A stretch of DNA of 64,000 nucleotides from a virus (lineage: Duplodnaviria > Caudoviricetes). The stretch lies in IMG/VR virus record IMGVR_UViG_3300037255_000025, positions 32,001-96,000 of that record; one strand, written 5' to 3'. The notes beneath the pieces are model-generated. The model was given only the letters and a program-made list of their open reading frames with translations, ran no database searches and was not told where the DNA came from. The position numbers and the translations under genes are program-made. Positions 48,399 to 57,300 of this stretch are shown piece by piece (the stretch's first letter is position 1; every line of letters begins with the position of its first letter).

Positions 48399-48412
48399 TA
48401 GGAGCGCGAACG

Positions 48413-49795
48413 ATGGCGACTGACCGGAGCTACTACTGGCTGGATCTAAGGTTCGAGCGGCGTGTCGTCTTTTTGGCGTGTACGTCGCCGAAGTTTTGGG
48501 CTCGGCTGGGCCACGAGATCGAAGCCGAGAACCTGAACGCCGAAGAGGCTCGGTGGGCCATGCGGGCCGCCCGGATGATCGTGGCCGAGACCCACCGCCC
48601 GCCCGACTCATTTGTTCTCGTGCTCCAGCGGCTCAGGACGCTCATGGACGACGGCAAGGTCAGCTACGCCGAGGTCGAGGCCGTGGGTGACTACTTCATC
48701 GCGGGCGCGGAGGACTCGATCGCGTACGACGCCGTCGTGGACCAGCTCGCGCCCGTGTTGGCGAAGCGACTGCGCAACAAGGTTGTCTTGGCGGTCATGC
48801 AGGAGGCAGCACAACCCGACGGCGAGGAGGGTCCGTTCCCGGAGGCGCGTAAGTTGGTCGAGCGGGCGGCGGCGGTGGGCCGGGACGCCGAGGTGACCGA
48901 CGTCGGGGTTGTGCTCGGTGAGGGTAGCTACGACGCGATCAAGGCTGTGCGCGGCTTGGTTCGGCTTGGCACCGGCATCGAGGATTTGGACGCGCAGCTC
49001 AACGGGGGACCGCGGCGAGGAGGGTTCACGATCTGGATGGGCTCGACGGGGGCGGGAAAGTCGCTCAGCCTCACGCACACGACGAGCCACGCGTTGCGCC
49101 ACCAAAAGGTCGTCGCGTTCGCGACGCTGGAGCTGCCACTGGACCAGCAGTTCTCGCGACTCAAAGCCAACCTCACGGGTTTCCAAATCGACGACGTCCA
49201 GGACGACCCCGACTGCACCCGCGGTTGGTTCGCGGTGAACGGCGGCGGGCTCGGGCGCGCGTACCTCCAGGCGTTCCCTTCGCACGCCACGACGGTGGCG
49301 GATCTACGAAAGTGGGTGGACGAGGTCGAGTTGCGTGAGGGGGCATGCCGGGGTCTCGCGGAGGGGACGCGACATTCGATCGACCTGTTGGTCATCGACT
49401 ACGGGGACCTTTTGGCCGTGCCGTCTTCAGTGGGTAAAGACGCGGACCACGGTTACTCGGTGGGCAAGCACGTGTTCGGCGAGTTGCGCGACTACGCCGA
49501 GGGCCAGAAGCAGCCCGGCGACAAGGGGCACCCCGGGGGGCCCATCTGGGTGTCGACCGCGTGTGCCGCGACGCGTGGAACCGCGTCAGCCAAGCGCAAG
49601 TACCTGTCGTCGGACGACATCGCGGACTCGATCCACAAGTCGCGACGCGCGACCCTGATGATCTCGATCAACCCACGCGACGACGGCACGGAGTATTGGG
49701 TCGCGAAGAACACGCACGGCAAGGACCTGTTTCCGGTGGGGCCGATCTTTGGCGAGCGCGAGAAGGGCCGCATCGCGCCGCTGTACAGCGTGTGA
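48413..49795 (+). CDS. DnaB-like replicative helicase
   Basis: TGIEDLD, GSTGAGKS, TLE, VIDYGD. Confidence 0.88.
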   Translation: MATDRSYYWLDLRFERRVVFLACTSPKFWARLGHEIEAENLNAEEARWAMRAARMIVAETHRPPDSFVLVLQRLRTLMDDGKVSYAEVEAVGDYFIAGAEDSIAYDAVVDQLAPVLAKRLRNKVVLAVMQEAAQPDGEEGPFPEARKLVERAAAVGRDAEVTDVGVVLGEGSYDAIKAVRGLVRLGTGIEDLDAQLNGGPRRGGFTIWMGSTGAGKSLSLTHTTSHALRHQKVVAFATLELPLDQQFSRLKANLTGFQIDDVQDDPDCTRGWFAVNGGGLGRAYLQAFPSHATTVADLRKWVDEVELREGACRGLAEGTRHSIDLLVIDYGDLLAVPSSVGKDADHGYSVGKHVFGELRDYAEGQKQPGDKGHPGGPIWVSTACAATRGTASAKRKYLSSDDIADSIHKSRRATLMISINPRDDGTEYWVAKNTHGKDLFPVGPIFGEREKGRIAPLYSV

Positions 49796-50253
49796 AGTCG
49801 AAACACGAGCGCGCGTCGACTTGGTGCAGTCTCCGGACGCTCGGGGCCGCGCGGCGCTGCGCCATCATCTACCGTGGTGGGGGCTACTGCGCGTGGTGCC
49901 GGGTTCCGCTCACGCAGGACACGGCCCAGATCGACCACGTCGTGCCCCGGCGTCACGGCGGATCGAACGACCCGGCGAACCTGGTCGCGGCGTGTTCGGA
50001 ATGCAACGCGCGTCGCCCCGACGTGACGGGCGACCTCGCGCAGCTTTGCGAGCCGTTGGACACCGCTGCGGGCTTCCAGTTGGCGCTCTGCTGGTACCCA
50101 TGGTTGCCCGCCCGCTACGCTGACAAGGAAGCGCGCAAGCGCAACGCTCGGGACCAACAGCGCGAGCGCCAACGGGCCGCGCGACTCGAGGGCCTCGGTG
50201 GCGACGCGTTCCCGTTTGGCGCCGCGGAGCCTGAAGCCGCGGCGGCGGAGTAG
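49792..50253 (+). CDS. HNH endonuclease
   Basis: CAWC..DHVVP..GGSN...NLV.AC..CN. Confidence 0.88.
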   Translation: MKSKHERASTWCSLRTLGAARRCAIIYRGGGYCAWCRVPLTQDTAQIDHVVPRRHGGSNDPANLVAACSECNARRPDVTGDLAQLCEPLDTAAGFQLALCWYPWLPARYADKEARKRNARDQQRERQRAARLEGLGGDAFPFGAAEPEAAAAE

Positions 50254-50307
50254 CGCCGTGGGGTTGGTCGTCGCAAAGCCGGCCCGCTCGGGGTAAGGGT
50301 CGCGTCG

Positions 50308-51333
50308 ATGACGACCCCTCGCGCGCTCCTGTACACGTTCGCGGACTACCGACGCGACATGAACCTCGTCCTCGTCGAGCCCTCGTGGGGGGACTACGAA
50401 GTGCACTGCGACGCCAAAGGGATCCCGCCGCGTAAGCCCGACGGCGACATCAACAACTGCGCGCTCGTTCACGGGGAATCGGCGCAGGATTGCCAGGTGT
50501 GCCCGGGCCGGTGCCCCGACGCCGTCCGGCTGTTCCAACGGGCCGCGGGGGCGTCGGTCGTGACCGCGGCGGAACTGGAGGCGGAGCCCGCCGCGGAGCG
50601 GGCGGCGGAGCCGACCGAGCCCGCGGCCGCGGAGGACGCGACGCCGCTGGCGCACGCGTTCGCACACTCGAGCGCCAGCGTGGAGCACTACAGCCCCTTC
50701 GGCCTTGTCGGCGCGGCTGCCCGGGTCTTTGGTGGGACGATCGACCTGGACCCTGCGAGCTGCGAGGCCGCGAACGAGTACATCGAGGCCACGACGTATT
50801 ACGACGCCGCGACCAACGGTCTGAAGCAGGCCTGGGCGGGCAGTGTGTGGCTAAACCCGCCCGGGGGTCTGTGCGACGAGGACGGGCGACCCTGTTACCC
50901 CCGGACGCGCAAGCGCGAGGGCTGCACCGTGACGGGCGCATGTGGTCTCGAGCCCGGGCACCAACATAAGGGCGTGACCAGCTCGGCCAAGCACTGGTGG
51001 GCGAAGCTCGCGCGTGAGTGGTCCGCGGGGCACCTCACGCAGGCGGTGTTCCTGGGGTTCTCGCTCGAGCAGCTCGGGTCCACGCAGTCCGACGTCGGTC
51101 CGGGCTTGCTGACGCCGCTCGACTGCATCCTGTGCCTGCCGCGCAAGCGCGTGCGGTACCTGCATCAGGACCCCGACGGCGCGCTGGTCTCGGGCGACGC
51201 CCCGCCGCACAGCTCGTTCCTGGCCTATCTCGGCCCCAACACGAAGGCGTTCACGGCGGCGTTCGTGCCGTTCGGCCGCGTGTTGGTCGGGCACCACGAC
51301 CTGCGATCGGTGTGGTGGGACGAGACGCCATGA
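50308..51333 (+). CDS. phage DNA N6-adenine methyltransferase-like
   Basis: EHYSP, IDLDPAS, NGL..W, WLNPPG. Confidence 0.8.
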   Translation: MTTPRALLYTFADYRRDMNLVLVEPSWGDYEVHCDAKGIPPRKPDGDINNCALVHGESAQDCQVCPGRCPDAVRLFQRAAGASVVTAAELEAEPAAERAAEPTEPAAAEDATPLAHAFAHSSASVEHYSPFGLVGAAARVFGGTIDLDPASCEAANEYIEATTYYDAATNGLKQAWAGSVWLNPPGGLCDEDGRPCYPRTRKREGCTVTGACGLEPGHQHKGVTSSAKHWWAKLAREWSAGHLTQAVFLGFSLEQLGSTQSDVGPGLLTPLDCILCLPRKRVRYLHQDPDGALVSGDAPPHSSFLAYLGPNTKAFTAAFVPFGRVLVGHHDLRSVWWDETP

Positions 51334-51965
51334 GCGTCATCGAGACCACGCCGGGGCCGCCGTACGCGGCGATCCAGGGCCTGCTGCCGGGTGACCGGGT
51401 GAGGTGCCGGGATTGGCGATATGGTCGTCTCGTAGACGGGACGCACGTGGGCTTCGTGGCCAAGACGCGGCTCGCGCGTGTTCGGCTCGTCGTGGGGCCA
51501 GCGGCGCGAGCCAAGGAGGCCGCTTACCTGCTCGAGGGCGAGGCGGGGGTGCCGCGCGAGCGAGACGTGACCTACAGCGACGCCCTGCACGGCCGTGCGC
51601 CGTGCTCGGTGTCGAGCCTGTCGCTGAGCGTCCTGCGGGACTTCTCCGTCGGCGTGCGCGGGTTCTCGTGTTCCGACGTCGTTGAGGTGTTGGACGGCGG
51701 CGGGACCAAGGGCCGGGTTGAGCGGCTCGCCGACATCATCCGTTGTAACGCCGCGGTTGATGCGACGCCGCAGCCGTCGTTCCTCCAGCCGGGCAAGCTC
51801 TTCGCTAGGCGAGGTTGCCCTGGTTGCTTGGCGTTCTGGCTCGACCAGAATGACTTCCTGGCGCCGCACGATCCTCGCTGTATTGGCGAGGTGCTGGTGC
51901 CGGAGCTGGCGGCGGCGCTCGAGGTGCTGGGCCACTACGGCCCGACGGGTGTGCTCGGTGGTTGA
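51330..51965 (+). CDS. hypothetical protein
   Basis: ATGA overlap. Confidence 0.55.
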   Translation: MSVIETTPGPPYAAIQGLLPGDRVRCRDWRYGRLVDGTHVGFVAKTRLARVRLVVGPAARAKEAAYLLEGEAGVPRERDVTYSDALHGRAPCSVSSLSLSVLRDFSVGVRGFSCSDVVEVLDGGGTKGRVERLADIIRCNAAVDATPQPSFLQPGKLFARRGCPGCLAFWLDQNDFLAPHDPRCIGEVLVPELAAALEVLGHYGPTGVLGG

Positions 51966-52212
51966 GGTCGGCGACTACGTGCGCGATGTGACCTTGGATC
52001 GGAAGACAGGTAAGGCGCTTCGGACTGGCTGGATGCGGGCCATATTACGCGTGGGAGCGCGGACATTCTCAACCGAATGCGCGACGTACCTCCTGGACGG
52101 GCGTCGGTCCCCGTTGAGGGTGTACGGGCAAGGGGCGACAGTGCACGTTGCCCGTCGGGTGCCCAACCACGAGGTCGCGGCCGCGATGCTTGAGCACGAG
52201 GCAGCTCGATGA
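51958..52212 (+). CDS. hypothetical protein
   Basis: Overlaps both neighbours. Confidence 0.5.
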   Translation: MVEVGDYVRDVTLDRKTGKALRTGWMRAILRVGARTFSTECATYLLDGRRSPLRVYGQGATVHVARRVPNHEVAAAMLEHEAAR

Positions 52213-53126
52213 GTACCCGATCGGGCGACCGTGCGGTGCTCGAGGCGGTCGCGGGGAAGCGCCCTGGGCCCAGCGGGTGGGTCCGGGGCAACTGCCCGTC
52301 GTGCGAGACCCGCGTGGGCAAGGTCGACCGGCGGCAGTGCCTCGGGCTCAACGTCTACACCGCGCGCTGGGTTTGTCATCGGTGTGGTGACGGTGGCCGT
52401 ATCGGCCGCATGCCCGACGAGTGGAGTGACCTGGAAGCCCCCGCGCCCCGCGCCGCCTCGGGCCCGAAGCTGCCCACGATGGACCCGCCCGACGGGTTTT
52501 TTGAGCTGTTCAACGGCGACGGTGCTCGTTCGCGTTCGCTCGACCCCGCGCGGCACTACCTCACGCAGGTCCGGGGGTTGTCGCCGGAGGTCCTGCGTGA
52601 GGCCCGCGTGGGCGCGTGCGTCGCCGGGACCTTTGCCGGCCGGGTGGTCGTGCCGGTGTTCGGGGTCGAGCCCGACGAGGACACGGGGGAGCTTCCCTGG
52701 GTTGGCTACAGCACGCGACCCTGGGTCAAGAACTACACGGGAATGGGCTACCGGTACCCGCGGGGCATGCCGTTGGCGACGCTGCTGTACAACGCCGCAG
52801 TGCTCCAGGTCGAGACCGACGAGCCCGTGCTGGTCGTCGAGGGCGTGTTCGATGCCCACGCGTTGTGGCCTGACGCGGTCGCGGCCCTCGGCGGGACCAA
52901 GGAGGGGCACCGGGAGCAGTTCATGTCGGCGCGCCGACCCGTCGTGTTGCTACCAGACGGCGACGCTTGGCATAAAAGTTGGCTTTTCTCAATGCAGCTC
53001 CGCTTCGAGGGGCAGCGCGCGGGGCTGGTGAAGCTCCCGCCCAAGCGGGACCCCGATGAGGTCCCGGTCGACGTGTTGCGCGCGGCCGCGCGCGAGTCAC
53101 TTGATCGAGACTGGGTTGCGGTGTGA
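52209..53126 (+). CDS. DNA primase (Zn finger + TOPRIM)
   Basis: CPSC..CHRC, VEGVFDA, PDGD, DPD. Confidence 0.9.
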   Translation: MSTRSGDRAVLEAVAGKRPGPSGWVRGNCPSCETRVGKVDRRQCLGLNVYTARWVCHRCGDGGRIGRMPDEWSDLEAPAPRAASGPKLPTMDPPDGFFELFNGDGARSRSLDPARHYLTQVRGLSPEVLREARVGACVAGTFAGRVVVPVFGVEPDEDTGELPWVGYSTRPWVKNYTGMGYRYPRGMPLATLLYNAAVLQVETDEPVLVVEGVFDAHALWPDAVAALGGTKEGHREQFMSARRPVVLLPDGDAWHKSWLFSMQLRFEGQRAGLVKLPPKRDPDEVPVDVLRAAARESLDRDWVAV

Positions 53127-53295
53127 TCGATCGGGATCTCAACGCTGCCATCAACTTGAAAGATTTGGCCGGGAGTTCCCCGGTGTCAGCCTGTCGCCCT
53201 GGAGGCTCTGGTGCTGCTCTTACGAGCGGTACGAAACCTCTGGTTGGGCAGGAACCGAACCAGGTATCAGCTTGCTGAACCTACCTCGGAGGACG
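53117..53295 (+). pseudogene. 3' remnant of a second tnpB with omegaRNA-like scaffold
   Basis: Frame reads CGVIDRDLNAAINLKDLAGSSPVSAC...QE; nested hairpins; lower GC. Confidence 0.8.
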
Positions 53296-53341
53296 TAAGG
53301 GTCGCGGCGGGACGAAACGAACGAAAGGGTCGAGGTACGAG

Positions 53342-54331
53342 ATGCGGACGATTACGTGGACGGGTACGGCGGTGATCTTGGGTGTGGAGCGGCCCGTGGC
53401 GTTCCAGGGGCTTGGTTTGGCGCCCGGCGTGGCGGGAGGTACGTCGCCGTTGATGCTGGCCATCGGTGGGCTGTCGTCCGAAGAGGGTGCGGCGATCGTC
53501 GCCGCACTCGAGAAGATCCAGCCCGCGGAAGGGACGAAGACCTACAACTTCCGCGTCGAGATCCCTGGCGCCAAGCTGGACCAGACGCCCGTCATCCCCG
53601 GCGACGCACACAGGTCGTGGTGGGACGAGACGCCGAAGCCCGCCCCGGCTGCGGCGAAGCCGGCCGCGCCCGCTGCGACGACTCCGCCGGTCAAGACCGC
53701 GGTCCCCGCGACGGCCGCGGCGCAGCAGGCTGCACCCAAGCCGGCACCCGCGGCCGTCGCCCAGGCGCGCCCCGCCTCGACGCTAGCGGCCGTCGCTACG
53801 GCTGCGCCTCTCCCTGCCGCGAGGCCCGCGGCGGCTCCTGCGCCCGTGACAGTAAACCGGCCTGCGCCTGCTGCGAAGCCTGCCGCGGCGAAGCCTGCAC
53901 CCGCGGCAGCGGCTCCGCCGGCCGCGACTCGCCCGAAGCCCGCCGCGGCCCCCGCGCCGGTCGCGGCAATCGACCCGGCCGGACCCGACGAGGACGAAGA
54001 GGAGGCGCCCGAGGAACCCGATGGGACTGAGCCCGCGGCGGCGTCGGTTGACGACGATCCGGTGGGCTTGTCCTCGACGCCGATCCCGCCAGAGCTATTG
54101 GCGGCGAACGCAATGCTCCGGGCGGTGGTGGTCTGGGTCATTCAGCACATGATCGACACGACGGGTGAGCACCCCACGGAGGACCAGATCATCGCGGGCA
54201 TCGAGGCCCTCCGGGGCAAGGTCCCGCTGGTGACGCGGACGGTTGCCGCGGACCTCGCGCGCCGTGTCCCGCTGGTTCTTCAGGTCATCGGCAACCTGGG
54301 CCCGGCGCCCCGCGCGGACGCCGCGCAGTAA
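53342..54331 (+). CDS. Ala/Pro-rich protein with acidic patch
   Basis: GAGGT SD; low-complexity linker between two small domains. Confidence 0.7.
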   Translation: MRTITWTGTAVILGVERPVAFQGLGLAPGVAGGTSPLMLAIGGLSSEEGAAIVAALEKIQPAEGTKTYNFRVEIPGAKLDQTPVIPGDAHRSWWDETPKPAPAAAKPAAPAATTPPVKTAVPATAAAQQAAPKPAPAAVAQARPASTLAAVATAAPLPAARPAAAPAPVTVNRPAPAAKPAAAKPAPAAAAPPAATRPKPAAAPAPVAAIDPAGPDEDEEEAPEEPDGTEPAAASVDDDPVGLSSTPIPPELLAANAMLRAVVVWVIQHMIDTTGEHPTEDQIIAGIEALRGKVPLVTRTVAADLARRVPLVLQVIGNLGPAPRADAAQ

Positions 54332-54336
54332 CGCCC

Positions 54337-57300
54337 ATGCGCGACCTCCCGCTGTATTCTGCCTTGCCGGTCGCGGCCATCGAGGCGGAGCCGTCGCTCG
54401 ACCCCGACGACCGGTGCACCCGGTGCGAGCTGTCGGGGCTCCGCCGGGCGACGGATCCGGAGACCGGGGAGGAGCGGGTTGAGCCTCGCGATGCGAAGCG
54501 GCCCGGCCGCGTTTGTTTGGGTTCGGACGGGGGCAAGAACCCCCGTCCGGGCGGTGTCTTGGTCGTGGTCGATACGGTGACGCAGGACGACGACCGGCCC
54601 CACCCGGCCGGTCGCGTGTTGTCTGGCGTTGCTGGCCACATGGTCCGCCCGTTGGTGTCGAGGTGGTATCCCGGGCCCGTGACGTACGCGGCGGCGACGC
54701 GGTGCCGGCCCTTTCACAAGCTCGCGGTCGAGCACGTGGAGGCCTGTCGCGGCTACATGGCCCGGACGCTGGAGGATGTCCGGCCGGAGCGCATTATCGC
54801 GATGGGGTCGCTCGCGGCGCGCTCGATCCTGGGTCGGTCGGTCCAGCCGAACAACGTCCGCACCGGGTACGCGTACTTGCTCGCCGGGCGCTACCGCGAC
54901 CGACCCATCCCGGTCTACTTCGTCGGAGCGCCCAAGGGCGCGGTAGACAACCGGTTCCTGAAGACCCTGCTTGAACAGGACATCGAGTACGCGTTGACGC
55001 GGCCGCCGCCGCCGTTGCCACCCCTCGACGCGGTCGTGCGCGTGGTCGAGACCGCGGAGGACGCCGAGGCCGCGGTGGCGGAGATGAGCGCCGCGCCCTG
55101 GTGCTCGGTAGACGTGGAGAGCGCGGGGCAGTTGTTTGACCCGTCGTTCCGGCTTCTGTGCGTGACCGCGACCCCGGAGCGAGAAGACGAAGCCTTGTCG
55201 GAGGATACGTGGACGTGGGACGAGGCCGCGTTGGCGAACCCGGCGACGCGCGCGCCCCTGGCGCGTTACCTTGCGGACCCTCGCGCACGAAAGTGCGGCG
55301 CGAATGTCAAATTCGACCGGTCGGCGCTTGTGACGAATGGGTTCGCGGTCGCGGGGGTCGACGGCGACGTGCGGCTGTGGCGCAAGTTGCTCGAGGCCGA
55401 GGCGCCCGCCGACCTCGCGACGATGGTTGAGTTGGTCGGGATGGGCGGCATGAAGGACGAGCAGAAGTTGGCCGAGGCCCCGGCGGTCGACCGGATCACG
55501 TTCGGCGTCCACACGGAGCGCCGGTTGGCGAAGGCGAAGGAAGCCGACAAGAAGGTTGGCAAGCTGTCCGCCAAGGCCGCGGACGGGCTCGCGGCGCTCG
55601 CCGACCTCGACGCGCGTCTCCCGCACATCGCCGCGCTCGTTCGGGACGCGGGCGTTGAGTCGGGCGCTTGGGCCAAGGCGGTCGTACCGGACGACACGCT
55701 GCTCGCGTACAACGGTCGAGACGGTGTGGGGACGCGGCGTCTGTTGGCGCGGCTTCCGCGTGACCTAGCGATCAATCCACAGATCGACCGTATCCGGCGG
55801 CTCGTCGTAGACCGTGCCGCGCGCGCTGTGGCTCGGCTTGAGGAGTGGGGGGTCCCGGTCGACATGAACGCGCTCCGAGCCTTCGACGCGCACTGCACGC
55901 TATCGTTGCGCGTGACGCGTGAGAGGCTCGATGCGGAGGTGGGCGTGGATCTCAACCCCGGGTCGCCGCAGCAGCTAGCCGAGTTGTTGTATCGAAAGCT
56001 TGGGTTCAAGCCGACCAAGCTCACCGCGGGCGGACAGCCATCGGTCGACGAAGAGGTCTTGGAGAAGCTGCGCGGTAAGCACCCGGTGGTGGACCTCGTG
56101 CTGGATCACCGAAAGTACGCAGGACTGCGCTCTAAGTACGCAGGAGGCATGATCCCGCATGTCCGACCTGACGGCCGCGTTCATTGCTCGATTCTACTCG
56201 ATGGAGCAGCGTCGGGTCGTGCGTCTATCAAGGATCCCCCGCTACAGCAGATCCCTAGCAATAAGCGCGACCCTTTGTACGGCAAGATGGCGCGCGACGT
56301 CTTCGCGCCTGTGTTTGGTTTCCTTTTCCTACAGGCCGACTACAAGCAAGCAGAGTTCCGGGTGGCCGCGATGTTGTCTCAGGATCCTGTCATGATGGCT
56401 GACATCGCGGCGGGGTTGGACCCACATCTGGCGACGGCGAAGTTCATCTCGCGCGTGGCTTGGGGTATCTCGCCCGACGAGGTCACGGACGAGCACCGAT
56501 CCCAGACAAAGTCTGTTGTCTTCGGCGTGTTGTACGGGAAAACAGCGGGGTCTCTTGCCGCGATGTTCGGTTGTTCGAGAGAACAGGCGCAGAAGATCGT
56601 GGATGCCGTAATGGGCCGCTACAAGGTCCTGGCCCGGTGGATCAAGACGAACCTCCGAGAGGCTCAGAATACTGGGTATGTCTGGACTCAGTGGGCAGGA
56701 GAGCCCGCGCGTCGTCGGCCGCTGTTCGACCTTGGCCTGCGCGGCGATCAGAACGAGGGGCGGCGAGTTCACGCGGCTAACGCCGCCACCAACTGCCTCG
56801 ACGCCGAGACGGAGGCGCTTACGCGTCGCGGTTGGGTCCGCGGGTTTGATCTCCGTCCCGACGACGTCATCTTGACCAAAAACGCTGCGACCGGCGCGTT
56901 GGAATGGGAGACCATGACCGACCTTCGCCTCTTTCCCGACTATGAGGGCCCCGTTGTTGAATTCAAGTCGAGGAGCTTCAGCGCGGTTTCCACCCCCAAC
57001 CACCGATGGCTCGTTGAGACCAAGTCGCGCCAGCCTGGGCGTCGAACGTGCGAGCGGACTACTCGTACGCTCTCTCCGTGGGGAGATGACCGCATCCACC
57101 GGACGGGCGAGTACCGCCCCGACGTCGACAGCGTCTTGACGCCGGACGAAGCGGAGCTTCTTGGGTGGTTCGTCACGGACGGTTCGATCAGGAAGGCCCA
57201 TACGGTCGCTGGAAAGCAGAAGAACCGCAGGTATTCCACGACGAGCGCGAGGGCGCTCATCCACCAGAGCGGGACCGCGAACGCGGCTAACTGCTCCCGC

